In this document: one piece after another, positions 39,653-49,722 of the stretch
Numbering within the stretch: the stretch's first letter is position 1
How the letters are laid out: each line of letters opens with the position of its first letter
Assembly (NCBI GenBank): GCA_050949505.1
Contig: JBMNFV010000001.1
Coordinates: 445,625-509,624, forward strand
Origin: Patescibacteria group bacterium
GTDB lineage: Bacteria > Patescibacteriota > Patescibacteriia > Patescibacteriales > UBA12465
Direction: 5' to 3'
Length of the DNA stretch: 64,000 nt
Program-made: the position numbers and the translations under genes
The notes under the pieces: generated by a model
What the model saw: the letters and a program-made list of their open reading frames with translations, nothing else
The model's database searches: none
Told to the model about the DNA's origin: nothing

Positions 39653-40759
39653 ATGCTCACTCGTCTTAAAGCCTATTTTAATAGATTTGATTGGCTGATC
39701 TTAGCGTCAGTCATGCTTTTAATTGCCTTTAGCTTGGTGGAAATTTATAGCGTAGCCTTAGGACAAGAAAGCGTTAATTTAATAAACTTTAAAAAGCAAT
39801 TAATCTTTACCGCTCTCGGCCTAGGTTTATTATTTACTTTCTCAACTATTGATGCCCGGTTTCTAAAGAGTGCGAGTCGGTATATATATTTTTTAGGGAT
39901 TATTCTCTTAGTTCTGGTTTTAATTTTTGGTTCAGTTAGCCGGGGAACTAAGGGTTGGTTTGATGTGGCCGGACTAGGAATTCAGCCAGTGGAATTTGTT
40001 AAAATTATTTTAATTATATTCCTAGCTAACTATTTTGCTAGTCTAGCAACGCGGATCAAGACGGTTAAACATTTTATTTTATCAGGCCTGAGCACCTTGG
40101 TATTTATCGGCTTAGTGATGTTGCAGCCTGACTTTGGCTCAGCAGTGATGCTGGGGGCAATTTGGTTAATAATGTTAATTGCCGCTGACTTTCCTAAAAA
40201 ATATTTAATCAGCATTATTTTAATTAGCACGATATTATTCACCTTTGCCTGGGTTTTCTTTTTTAAGCCCTACCAGAAGCTAAGGATAATGACCTTCATT
40301 AGACCACAGGAAAGCGCCCTAGAGTCCAGCTGGAACGTCTCACAGGCGATTATTGCTGTTGGGGCAGGGGGGCTAACTGGTAAAGGGGTGGGGTTTGGTT
40401 CTCAGTCGCAATTAAAGTTCTTGCCAGAGGCACAAACTGACTTTATTTTTGCAGTTTTAGCTGAAGAATTAGGGCTCTTAGGAGTTTTATTAGTCTTAAG
40501 TTTTTACTCTTTATTCTTCTATCGCTGCCTGCGAGCAATCAAGACAATTAACAATGATTTCGGCATTTATTTCATTATTGGCTCCTTGGGCTTGATTTTT
40601 ATTCAAATGTTTATTAATATTGGTATGAACATCGGAATTATTCCGGTGGTTGGACTCCCCCTACCTTTTGTTAGTTATGGTGGTAGTTCCTTGTTATCAC
40701 TACTGATCATGGTAGGGATAATTGAAAATATTATAATTAAGTCAAAGAGTAGACATTAA
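39653..40759 (+). CDS. rodA: Rod shape-determining SEDS protein RodA
   Basis: IQPVEFVK, QPDFGS, FLPEAQTDFIFAVLAEELG, PLPFVSYGGSS. Confidence 0.9.
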   Translation: MLTRLKAYFNRFDWLILASVMLLIAFSLVEIYSVALGQESVNLINFKKQLIFTALGLGLLFTFSTIDARFLKSASRYIYFLGIILLVLVLIFGSVSRGTKGWFDVAGLGIQPVEFVKIILIIFLANYFASLATRIKTVKHFILSGLSTLVFIGLVMLQPDFGSAVMLGAIWLIMLIAADFPKKYLISIILISTILFTFAWVFFFKPYQKLRIMTFIRPQESALESSWNVSQAIIAVGAGGLTGKGVGFGSQSQLKFLPEAQTDFIFAVLAEELGLLGVLLVLSFYSLFFYRCLRAIKTINNDFGIYFIIGSLGLIFIQMFINIGMNIGIIPVVGLPLPFVSYGGSSLLSLLIMVGIIENIIIKSKSRH

Positions 40760-40763
40760 AAGT

Positions 40764-41414
40764 ATGGAGTTTAAATTAAATGTAGAATTAAGAATGCCTC
40801 AGGAAAAACTAGAGGCAACCTATATCCCCGCAGTTACCTATGGTAAGGGGATAGCGCCTGCTAGCCTCAAGGTGAAGAAATTAGATTTTGATAAGGTTTT
40901 TTCTCAAGCCGGAGAGTCTAATTTAATAAACCTAGAACTACCCAGTGGTCCAGTTAAGGTTATTGTTAAGGCTATTCAACGCGATGTACTTAAACACACT
41001 ATTTCTCACGTTGACTTTTTCCAGGTCAATATGAAAGAGAAGATTATTGCCGATATTCCGCTAAACTTTATTGGCGAATCGCGAGCAGTGCGAGAACTGG
41101 GAGGAATGTTAATGCGTAGCTTAAATGAAATTCAGGTAGAGTGCTTGCCAGGAGACTTAGTAGACCACATCCCAGTTGATGTCTCTCAATTAAATGAATT
41201 CTCAGACATGATTATGGTTAAAGACCTTGATATTCCGGAGGAGCTGAAAGTGCTAAGGAACTCTCCAGAGGACGTAGTGGTAAGTGTTATGGAGCCAAAG
41301 CGACAAGAGGTTATAGAAGCTGAGGAGGCGGCTGAGGGTGAGACTAAGGAAGCTGAGGGAGCAGAAACAGCTGAGGCCGAAGAGGCTAAGGCACCTGAAG
41401 CCGAGGCTAAATAA
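40764..41414 (+). CDS. rplY: 50S ribosomal protein L25 (Ctc form)
   Basis: IPAVTYG, HVDFFQV, second domain, acidic tail. Confidence 0.95.
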   Translation: MEFKLNVELRMPQEKLEATYIPAVTYGKGIAPASLKVKKLDFDKVFSQAGESNLINLELPSGPVKVIVKAIQRDVLKHTISHVDFFQVNMKEKIIADIPLNFIGESRAVRELGGMLMRSLNEIQVECLPGDLVDHIPVDVSQLNEFSDMIMVKDLDIPEELKVLRNSPEDVVVSVMEPKRQEVIEAEEAAEGETKEAEGAETAEAEEAKAPEAEAK

Positions 41415-41504
41415 ATTGATAACAAAAACACCCCCATCATTAAAAGTGGGGGTGTTTTTTTATTTCTCAATCTAATTGCCCTTATTTCTGTCTACCTACT
41501 TGTC

Positions 41505-42392
41505 TTAAAGCATTGACTTAAACTTTAAAATAGCTAGTCGATCTTGAGCCCTTAAATCGGGCTTGATGCTTAGGTGAAAATGGGGCAGCCGCTCTTTAGC
41601 TAGCTGAGTGAAGCTAGTAGTTTGCTGCGGGTCTAGTTCGCAAAAAAGCATTAAGGAGCGTGGAGAAAACTTTCCCGTAGTTAGTTTATTTATCTGTTTA
41701 AATAGTTCCCGGTAGCAACTTAATCCATCTGGACCAGCCACTAGGGCGAGGCGAGGCTCGCGTCTAATACTAGGCGAGCTGGCAACTTGCTCGGGGGTGA
41801 GGTAGGGAAGGTTAGCACTAATAATCAAATCTTGATCTTTTAATGACTTCCAGAACTTAGCGGGAAGGGCTTTTAGCAAGGAGCCTCGGTAAAAGTCTAT
41901 CTTCTTGGTCTGCTGATGTAGTCGGGCGTTTTTTTTGGCAACTAAGTAGGCAGAACGAGAAATGTCGGTGGCAATGAATTTGCTAGTATTATAAAGATTA
42001 GGTTTAGACCGGCGGAGCAGGTTAGCTAAAGAGATGATAATTGTCCCTGCTCCGGTACCTAGGTCAATAATTACCCTTGCCTGAGCCGAGGATGTAATCT
42101 CTTGATTAACCGCCTCAACTAATAGTTCCGTTTCTGGACGAGGAACCAAGACTTTAGAGTTAACAAAAAACTTGTCAGTCAGAAAATGCTTTTCTCCCTT
42201 CAAGACTGCTAAGGACCAACCAGCCAAATATTTTTTCTCTAAACGATAGTAGCGCTTTAAAACAGAAGAGGGAAGTTGGTCTTCATCGTGAGCTAAAATA
42301 GATTCAACCGAGCGCTGGCTAGCTAGAGCGAGCAAGGATAAGACTTCTGGTGAGGGAATTGTTCTAGTGCTTAGCAATTGACGGCTAGTCAT
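41505..42392 (-). CDS. prmC: Release factor glutamine methyltransferase PrmC/HemK
   Basis: LVPRPETELLV, DLGTGAG, ANLPY, EPRLALVAGPDGL; follows prfA; start set to ATG 42392. Confidence 0.92.
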   Translation of the reverse strand: MTSRQLLSTRTIPSPEVLSLLALASQRSVESILAHDEDQLPSSVLKRYYRLEKKYLAGWSLAVLKGEKHFLTDKFFVNSKVLVPRPETELLVEAVNQEITSSAQARVIIDLGTGAGTIIISLANLLRRSKPNLYNTSKFIATDISRSAYLVAKKNARLHQQTKKIDFYRGSLLKALPAKFWKSLKDQDLIISANLPYLTPEQVASSPSIRREPRLALVAGPDGLSCYRELFKQINKLTTGKFSPRSLMLFCELDPQQTTSFTQLAKERLPHFHLSIKPDLRAQDRLAILKFKSML

Positions 42393-42396
42393 TGAT

Positions 42397-43443
42397 TTAG
42401 GCCTGAGTTTCTCGTTCATGAGCTTTAAGGGCGGTAATAATCTCTTTTAGGTCACCGGCCATAATTTTAGTTAAACCATGCCAAGAAAGATTAAGGCGAT
42501 GGTCAGTTAAACGATCTTGAGGGAAGTTGTAGGTTCTAATTTTGTCAGACCGATCACCAGCCCCGACCTGACTTTTGCGAGCGCTAGACTCTTTAGCTAG
42601 CCGATCTTCTTCTTGAATAGCGAGTAAGCGCGAGCGCAGTACTTGGAGAGCTTTCTCCTTGTTTTGATGCTGAGATTTTTCATCTTGGCAAGAAACAATG
42701 AGGCCAGTGGGTAGGTGAGTAATTCTAATGGCCGAGTAGGTGGTGTTAACGCTTTGTCCCCCTGGTCCACTAGAGCAAAAGGTGTCAATTCTAATGTCTT
42801 GAGGATTAATTTCAATATCTACCTCTTCAGCTTCAGGGAGAACGACCACGGTAGCGGTAGAGGTGTGAACCCGGCCTTGTTTTTCAGTTTCTGGCACGCG
42901 TTGAACCCGGTGAGTGCCCGCCTCGTATTTTAGATAGCCATAAGCGTTTTCACCAGTGACTGAGAAAATTACCTCTTTATAGCCACCAATGCCAATCATT
43001 GAGCTGCTAATTAAAGATAATTGCCAACGCTGCTCTTCGCAGTAGCGGGCGTACATTCTAAATAAGTCACCGGCAAATAGGGAAGCCTCATCGCCGCCAG
43101 CCCCACTACGGATTTCAATAATCGCATTACGTTGGTCATTAGGGTCTTGGGGATTAAGGGCTTCATCAATCTCCTGGGCCAGTTGCTTTAAACGGGGGGT
43201 AGCAGTCTCTAGCTCGGCTGTGACCATAGCCAAAAGTTCTGAATCAGTTTCAGTTTTTAAGAGTTCTTGATTATCAGCGATCTCTTGACTGAGATTTTCC
43301 CAGTCATTAATTTTGTCAACAATCTTTTTGACTTGCAAATGTTCACGAGATAGTTTGATTAAGTTTTTTTGATCACTTTGAACCTCGGGTTTAAGCAGTT
43401 CGGCCTCTAAGGCTGCTAACTGGTCTTTTATTTCTTGATACAT
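42397..43443 (-). CDS. prfA: Peptide chain release factor 1
   Basis: PET tripeptide, GPGGQSVN, RTYNFPQDR. Confidence 0.98.
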   Translation of the reverse strand: MYQEIKDQLAALEAELLKPEVQSDQKNLIKLSREHLQVKKIVDKINDWENLSQEIADNQELLKTETDSELLAMVTAELETATPRLKQLAQEIDEALNPQDPNDQRNAIIEIRSGAGGDEASLFAGDLFRMYARYCEEQRWQLSLISSSMIGIGGYKEVIFSVTGENAYGYLKYEAGTHRVQRVPETEKQGRVHTSTATVVVLPEAEEVDIEINPQDIRIDTFCSSGPGGQSVNTTYSAIRITHLPTGLIVSCQDEKSQHQNKEKALQVLRSRLLAIQEEDRLAKESSARKSQVGAGDRSDKIRTYNFPQDRLTDHRLNLSWHGLTKIMAGDLKEIITALKAHERETQA

Positions 43444-43534
43444 ATGATTAGGGTGATTAGCTATAAAAAAATAGCTAATTCTTAAATTATAGACTTAGTC
43501 TACAATTTCAAAAATTAGCTACTTTTAAAAGTAT

Positions 43535-43870
43535 CTATTTTTTATCTAGCTTCACTTGAGCAATCTTTTTTATATCCTTAGTTGACTTAACAACAACTTC
43601 CTTTTTAGCTCTCGCCTCTGCTCGCTTAGCGCGCTTAACTTTTTTCCCCTGCTTATCTAAATTATCAGCCTTAGCCTTAACCTTAGCCTCGTATTTCTCT
43701 ACGCGTCTAGCGGTGTCAACTAGCTTTTGTTTGCCAGTATAGAAAGGATGACAAACTGAACAAAGCTCCACTTTTAGCTCAGGCTCAGTGGCGCCAGTTA
43801 CAAAAGTATGGCCACAAACACAAGTGACCTGACAATCGGAGTAATATTGGGGGTGTATATCTTTTTTCAT
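43535..43870 (-). CDS. rpmE: 50S ribosomal protein L31 (Zn-ribbon form, basic C-terminal extension)
   Basis: [25 protein letters not shown]. Confidence 0.97.
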   Translation of the reverse strand: MKKDIHPQYYSDCQVTCVCGHTFVTGATEPELKVELCSVCHPFYTGKQKLVDTARRVEKYEAKVKAKADNLDKQGKKVKRAKRAEARAKKEVVVKSTKDIKKIAQVKLDKK

Positions 43871-44023
43871 AAAAGTATTAAAAACTTTAACTATTGAATA
43901 TCTTTAGCTTATCTTGGTATAATGCTATCATAGGCATTAAAATTAATCAAGAGTTAATTAGTCTCCGATTAGGAATTGATTTTTTTGTTGTAAAAAATAT
44001 TATTAAATTAAAAGTAACCCTTA

Positions 44024-45457
44024 ATGAGCAAAGTAGTTAATCTGGCTAAAAATACTTCATACTTAACCCTCGCTTTAGTAATTCAAAAGGTAATCTCGTT
44101 TACCTATTTTATGCTCCTCGCTCGCTATGTAGGCCCTGAGGCCTTGGGGCAATATTACTTAGCGATCTCTTTAACTACAATTTTTGCCATATTTATAGAC
44201 TTGGGGTTAACTAATGTAATTACCCGAGAGATCGCTAAAACCCCTGCCCAGAGTGAACGTTGGTTGGCTAATATCCTTACTCTTAAAATTCCTTTGACTA
44301 TTTTTTCGGTCTTAGCGGTCATTATTTTAGTTCAAGTGCTAGGCTATAGCTCTCTAGTTAAGCAATTAGCTTATATAGCGATTATTTCCATGGTTCTTGA
44401 CTCCTTTAGCACCACTTTCTTTGCGGTCGCTCGTGGTTATCATAATTTGAAATATGAAAGCATTGCTTCCGTTATTTTTCAGGTAATTGTCTTAGTCTTT
44501 GGTTACGGGGCGCTGTTGTTAGGGGGTGGTTTAATTTTTGCCATGTTAGCTCTAGCGTTAGCCAGTATTTATAATTTTATCTACTCCAGTTGGATATTAG
44601 TTAGGCGCTTAGGCGTTAAAATTAGTTTTCGCTATGAGCCGGCGTTTGTAAAAAAAATATTTAACCTCGCTTGGCCCTTTGCTTTGTATGCTGTTTTTCA
44701 GCGATTCTATACCTATTTAGACTCCGTATTTTTATCAGTCCTAGCTGATGATACCCAAGTGGGTTTATATCAAATTGCCTTTAAAATTATTTTTGCTCTG
44801 CAGTTTTTACCTCTGGCCTTTACGGCCTCTTTATATCCAGCCCTGAGTATGTATTGGCAGGATAATCGTCAACAGCTCTTAATCACCTTTGAACGAGCAA
44901 TAAATTATTTGCTAATCATTTCCTTGCCAGTGATTATTGGCGTAATCGCTTTAAGTGCTCAGGTTGTTCAGTTATTTAAGTCTGGCTATGAAGGAGCCCA
45001 GTGGCCTCTCATTATTTCTATTAGTTCTTTACTATTTATCTTTATTAACTTTCCCATTGGTTCGCTATTAAATGCTGTTGACTATCAAAAGAAAAATACC
45101 TTAAATATGGGAATAGTGGCCCTAGTTAGTTTAGGTCTTAACCTATTACTCATCCCGCGTTACCAAGCAGTCGGAGCCAGCTTAACAGTTTTAGTTACCA
45201 ATGCTCTAATGACTATCTTAGGATTCTGGTGGGTGAGGAGAATTATCCCTTATCAGTTTAAAAAGAATCTGTTAATGTTTGCTAAGCTAATTTTATCCTC
45301 CGCCATTATGGGACTAGTGGTTTATTGGGGACAGGCTTATCTTAATATGTTTGTGATCACTATCATTGGTGGCTTTGTCTACCTAGCTTGCTTATTAGCA
45401 GTTCGGGCCCTGCGTTGGGCTGACCTAGACAGTGTTCTTAGGTCTTTAAAGATTTAA
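44024..45457 (+). CDS. Wzx-type polysaccharide flippase
   Basis: Many TMs; LARYVGPEALG, DLGL, VGLYQIA. Confidence 0.9.
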   Translation: MSKVVNLAKNTSYLTLALVIQKVISFTYFMLLARYVGPEALGQYYLAISLTTIFAIFIDLGLTNVITREIAKTPAQSERWLANILTLKIPLTIFSVLAVIILVQVLGYSSLVKQLAYIAIISMVLDSFSTTFFAVARGYHNLKYESIASVIFQVIVLVFGYGALLLGGGLIFAMLALALASIYNFIYSSWILVRRLGVKISFRYEPAFVKKIFNLAWPFALYAVFQRFYTYLDSVFLSVLADDTQVGLYQIAFKIIFALQFLPLAFTASLYPALSMYWQDNRQQLLITFERAINYLLIISLPVIIGVIALSAQVVQLFKSGYEGAQWPLIISISSLLFIFINFPIGSLLNAVDYQKKNTLNMGIVALVSLGLNLLLIPRYQAVGASLTVLVTNALMTILGFWWVRRIIPYQFKKNLLMFAKLILSSAIMGLVVYWGQAYLNMFVITIIGGFVYLACLLAVRALRWADLDSVLRSLKI

Positions 45458-45466
45458 TTATATAAT

Positions 45467-46549
45467 ATGAAAACCCTATTAATCACCTTAGAATATCCGC
45501 CTCACCGCGGCGGCGTGGCCAACTATTACGGCAACCTCAGCAAGCACTGGCCCCTAGAAGGGAAGATAGAGGTGTTAGATAATAGTCGCCAGGAACTGTT
45601 AACTAAGTCTCGTTTTTCTTGGCTAAAAACGGTCTTCACTCTGCGCCGACGACTGCAACGAGCTAAAATTGACTTTGTCTTGGTGGGGCAAATTTTACCC
45701 CTAGGAACGGCCGCCTATCTTTTATCATTGTTTCAACCCTTTAGGTATGGCGTCTTTCTTCATGGCCTAGACTTCTCCTTAGCCACTCAATCTGCTTGGA
45801 AAAGATTTTTAACTAGACAAATTTTAAAGCGAGCTGATAAAATTTTAGCTTGTAATCGCTATGTCAAACAACAAGTCTCGGAGTTTTTGCCCACTAGCGC
45901 TACTAAGCTTCGGGTATTTAACCCAGGAATTACCACCAGCGCCCCGCTAGTTAGTAGTCAGGAGTTAGCTAAATTAGATGAGAAATATCAATTAGCTGAT
46001 AAGTTGGTATTATTTAGCCTCGGTCGCCTGGTAAAGCGCAAGGGAGTAGATCAGGTAATTGCTGCCCTTAATTATCTTCCTCGGGAAAAGTTAAACCAGT
46101 TAGTCTATTTCGTAGCAGGCCACGGACCGGAAGAACAATACTTAAAGAAGTTAGTTCCCCTAGAGCTAGCTAGAAAGATAATTTTCTTAGGCGCAATTAG
46201 TGAGTCAGAGAAATGGACCTGGCTGAAGCGCTGTGATATTCTAGTGATGCCGGCACGAGAGCTAGTGGGAGACTATGAGGGCTTTGGAATTGTCTATTTA
46301 GAAGCTAATTTAGTAGCTAAACCAGTAATTGCTGGAGACTCAGGCGGGGTGAGAGATGCGGTGGTGCCTGAGGAAACCGGTTTATTAGTGGACCCGGAGA
46401 AAGTTGAGGACTTAGCTGCCGCCATTATTCGCTTAGCTGAAGATAAGGATCTGCGAGAACGTTTAGGCAGAGCGGGACAAAAGCGAGCAATTACTGAGTT
46501 TAACTGGGAAAAGCAAGCTCGGGACCTATATAAATTTATTAAAAACTAG
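45467..46549 (+). CDS. Glycosyltransferase family 4
   Basis: YPPHRGG, GRLVKRKG, EGFGIVYLEA. Confidence 0.93.
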   Translation: MKTLLITLEYPPHRGGVANYYGNLSKHWPLEGKIEVLDNSRQELLTKSRFSWLKTVFTLRRRLQRAKIDFVLVGQILPLGTAAYLLSLFQPFRYGVFLHGLDFSLATQSAWKRFLTRQILKRADKILACNRYVKQQVSEFLPTSATKLRVFNPGITTSAPLVSSQELAKLDEKYQLADKLVLFSLGRLVKRKGVDQVIAALNYLPREKLNQLVYFVAGHGPEEQYLKKLVPLELARKIIFLGAISESEKWTWLKRCDILVMPARELVGDYEGFGIVYLEANLVAKPVIAGDSGGVRDAVVPEETGLLVDPEKVEDLAAAIIRLAEDKDLRERLGRAGQKRAITEFNWEKQARDLYKFIKN

Positions 46550-46552
46550 CGT

Positions 46553-47272
46553 ATGATTTCCGTTATTATCCCAGTCTATAATCAAGCTAACAAATTAATT
46601 CAAACTCTAAGAAGCTTAGACCAACAAACAGAGCAAGCTTTTGAGGTAATTATTGTTAATGATGGCTCTAGTGATGGGGTAGAGGAAAAGTTTTCAGAAT
46701 ATTTAAAAAGTTTAAGTCAGGCCAATCTTAATCAGCATCACTATTTATTTATCAATCAGTCTAATCAAGGGGCTCCAGCGGCCCGCAACCGAGGCCGTCA
46801 GGCTGCTCAGGGGGACTTTCTATTCTTCTGTGATGCAGACACTATTTTAAACAAAGAGCTGCTCGCCACTCTAAAACAAGCCCTCTTGGTAAATCCAGCG
46901 GCTAGTTACGCCTATTCCTCGTTCTATTGGGGAAAGAAATTGTTTAAGTTAACCCCCTTTTCTGCTGAGCGTTTACGTCAGGAACCCTATATTCACACCA
47001 TGTCCCTAATTAGAGCTAGTGACTTTCCCACTCAGGGTTGGGATGAGAGTTTAAAGAAGTTCCAAGACTGGGACCTGTGGTTAACGATGTTGGCCGAGGA
47101 TAAGTTTGGAATTTTTGTTGATCAGGTCTTGTTTAAGGTGCTGCCGGGAGGAACTATTAGTGACTGGCTGCCAGCGCTAGCCTACAGGCTACTGCCTTTT
47201 TTGCCCGCAGTTAAGAAATATCAACGAGCTAAAGAAATAATTATGAAAAAACATGGAATATCAGGAAATTAA
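46553..47272 (+). CDS. Glycosyltransferase family 2
   Basis: ISVIIPVYN, VNDGSSD, ARNRG, DAD, QDWDLW. Confidence 0.93.
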   Translation: MISVIIPVYNQANKLIQTLRSLDQQTEQAFEVIIVNDGSSDGVEEKFSEYLKSLSQANLNQHHYLFINQSNQGAPAARNRGRQAAQGDFLFFCDADTILNKELLATLKQALLVNPAASYAYSSFYWGKKLFKLTPFSAERLRQEPYIHTMSLIRASDFPTQGWDESLKKFQDWDLWLTMLAEDKFGIFVDQVLFKVLPGGTISDWLPALAYRLLPFLPAVKKYQRAKEIIMKKHGISGN

Positions 47273-47735
47273 AAAGCGCTTAATATTTTTAACCATTAGT
47301 CTAGTTTTGATTTTAGGCTTAATTTGGCTAACTTTAAGCTTATTAAATCGGGGCAAGGAGATTGTTAAGCCAGAGATAATTACCCAAGCCCTAGTGGGCG
47401 ATAAGGTGATTAGTTTAGAGCTAGCCACTACCCCTGAGGAGCATTATTTAGGACTAAGTAATCGTTCCCCTATCTGTGACCACTGCGGCCTCTTATTTCT
47501 ATTTACCGACTTAAAGGAGCGAACCTTTGTGATGCGGGAAATGAATTTTCCTCTAGATATTATCTTTCTCCTAGATGGCACTATAGTTAATATTTATGAA
47601 AACTTAGCACCCGAAGGGAAGAACCCACTAGCTAGCTATTCTAGTCTAGGGCCGGTTAATCAGGTCTTAGAGGTGAAGGCTGGACTGGTACAAGAATTTA
47701 ATTTAAAAAGTGGTAGTCAGTTAATTTTTAGATAG
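47253..47735 (+). CDS. DUF192 domain protein
   Basis: ELATT...GLSNR...FVMREMNFPLDIIF...VLEVKAG. Confidence 0.88.
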   Translation: MEYQEIKKRLIFLTISLVLILGLIWLTLSLLNRGKEIVKPEIITQALVGDKVISLELATTPEEHYLGLSNRSPICDHCGLLFLFTDLKERTFVMREMNFPLDIIFLLDGTIVNIYENLAPEGKNPLASYSSLGPVNQVLEVKAGLVQEFNLKSGSQLIFR

Positions 47736-47738
47736 TTT

Positions 47739-49220
47739 ATGTCAACTAAGGCCACCTGGCTGACAATTAGTTCTTATTTAGCCTTATTTCTTAGTCTAGA
47801 GATATTGTCTTACCTAGCTCTCTTTAATCCCTGGATTCAAGTTCTAAGTTTAAGTATCTTAAGTTTGGCGACCCTGATACTTAGTTGGCAACGCTTAGAA
47901 TTTGGACTACTTATTTTAGTGGCGGAACTACTAATTGGCTCCATGGGGCGTTTGCTGGCGATAGAGCTGCTAGGGTTTAGTCTTTCACTAAGAATGATCC
48001 TCTGGTTAATAGTGATGCTGGTATTTTTAGGGAAAGTTATTAAAGAGTTTAGCTCAAAGCCTCAGCGTTTAGCCTTAATAGCTCGGTTTAGAACCTTCAC
48101 TTTTAGAAAATACTTTTTAATTATCTTCGCTTTTATTGCCTGGGGACTGCTAAGAGGGCTAATAGGTGGTAATGAATTGTCATTAATTTTTAGTGATGCT
48201 AATGCTTGGCTATATTATCTACTTATTTTCCCAGTAATTTATGTCTATCACTCAGTTAGTCAGGAGCAATTAGCTAACCTGGCTAAGGTGGTTTTAGCAG
48301 GGCTAATTTGGTTAGGACTTAAAACCTTTTTCTTGCTCTATGTCTTTACTCACGACTTAAGTTATAGTAGTGCTGTTTATTATTGGCTAAGAAAAACCTT
48401 AGTGGGCGAGATGACCATGACTCTTAGTGGTTGGCCAAGAATCTTTATTCAAGGACAAATTTTTGCCATCCTCGGCCTACTCTTAGTTTTAAGTCGTCAA
48501 TTAAAAAGGGGTAAGACTTGGCACTGGGGAGAACTGCTTGGTGGAGCGTTAATGATTGGTGTTTTATTAATTAGTTTTTCTCGGAGTTTTTGGCTAGCCC
48601 TAATTGTCACCTTGCTTAGCCTGCTAGTTATCATTTATCAGCAACTGGACTTAAAACGCGCTATCACTACAGCCCTACAAGTGCTAGTGATGGGAATAAT
48701 GGCCTTTGGGCTCCTTTATCTAACTACTGTTTTTCCTTATCCTCACTCCGGTAGCTTTAGCGCTGACTTTGCTGGCCGGGCTAATTTGAGCGACTCTGCG
48801 GAGGCCGCTATTTCCTCTCGTTGGTCCTTATTACCAGTCTTGCTAACTAGTATTAATAAAGCGCCTATTCTTGGCCAAGGCTTTGGGCGCACCATTACTT
48901 ATCAATCAGCTGACCCACGAGTTTTAGAAAAAAACCCAGCCGGAACTTACACTACCTACGCCTTTGAGTGGGGCTATTTAGATCTGTGGCTAAAGTTAGG
49001 GGGGATTTTTTTCTTAACTTATCTCTGGTTTTTATTTAATTTAGCTAAGCAGTCATATTTAAGTCTTAGTTCAGGGTGGCGAGTTTGGCCAGGCGTTATT
49101 TTAGGAGGCCTAATCTTTATTGCCTTCACTAATTTCTTCACTCCCTACCTTAATCATCCTTTGGGAATCGGATTTATTGTCTTTGGGGCTTGTCTTATCT
49201 CTTATTATAGAGTATATTAG
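47739..49220 (+). CDS. O-antigen ligase/polymerase family membrane protein
   Basis: Many TMs; SFSRSFW, SSRW, PILGQGFG, YLDLWLKLG. Confidence 0.8.
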   Translation: MSTKATWLTISSYLALFLSLEILSYLALFNPWIQVLSLSILSLATLILSWQRLEFGLLILVAELLIGSMGRLLAIELLGFSLSLRMILWLIVMLVFLGKVIKEFSSKPQRLALIARFRTFTFRKYFLIIFAFIAWGLLRGLIGGNELSLIFSDANAWLYYLLIFPVIYVYHSVSQEQLANLAKVVLAGLIWLGLKTFFLLYVFTHDLSYSSAVYYWLRKTLVGEMTMTLSGWPRIFIQGQIFAILGLLLVLSRQLKRGKTWHWGELLGGALMIGVLLISFSRSFWLALIVTLLSLLVIIYQQLDLKRAITTALQVLVMGIMAFGLLYLTTVFPYPHSGSFSADFAGRANLSDSAEAAISSRWSLLPVLLTSINKAPILGQGFGRTITYQSADPRVLEKNPAGTYTTYAFEWGYLDLWLKLGGIFFLTYLWFLFNLAKQSYLSLSSGWRVWPGVILGGLIFIAFTNFFTPYLNHPLGIGFIVFGACLISYYRVY

Positions 49221-49253
49221 AGATTGTAAAATTAAAATATAACTATAATAATT

Positions 49254-49715
49254 ATGAGTACTGAGCAAATAATCTCCCAGGCGGGCTATGATAAATTAAA
49301 AAAAGAACTAACTCAACTGACCACCGTGAAGCGGAAAGAGATTGCAGAGCGAATTGAGCGAGCTAAAGAGTTGGGGGACTTAAGTGAGAATGCGGAGTAT
49401 AGTGAGGCTAAGGATGCCCAGGCCCTTAATGAGGGTCGGATTCTGGAATTATCTAACGTCCTTAAAAATGTTATTGTTGTTCAGGAGGGAGGCTCAAAAG
49501 ATAAGGTGGTGATGGGCTCTACAGTCTTGGTAAAAACCAAGAATCAAGAAAAGAAATTCACTATTGTTAGTTTCAATGAAGCTGACCCCTTAACTGGAAA
49601 AATCTCCAATGAGTCTCCCTTAGGAGTGGCTTTCTTAGAGAAAAAGAAGGGGGAAGTGGTTGAGGTAGAAACCCCACGTGGTTTAGTGACTTATAAAATT
49701 CTTAAAATAGAGTAA
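49254..49715 (+). CDS. greA: Transcription elongation factor GreA
   Basis: GDLSENAEY, ISNESPLG. Confidence 0.97.
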   Translation: MSTEQIISQAGYDKLKKELTQLTTVKRKEIAERIERAKELGDLSENAEYSEAKDAQALNEGRILELSNVLKNVIVVQEGGSKDKVVMGSTVLVKTKNQEKKFTIVSFNEADPLTGKISNESPLGVAFLEKKKGEVVEVETPRGLVTYKILKIE

Positions 49716-49722
49716 CCAACTT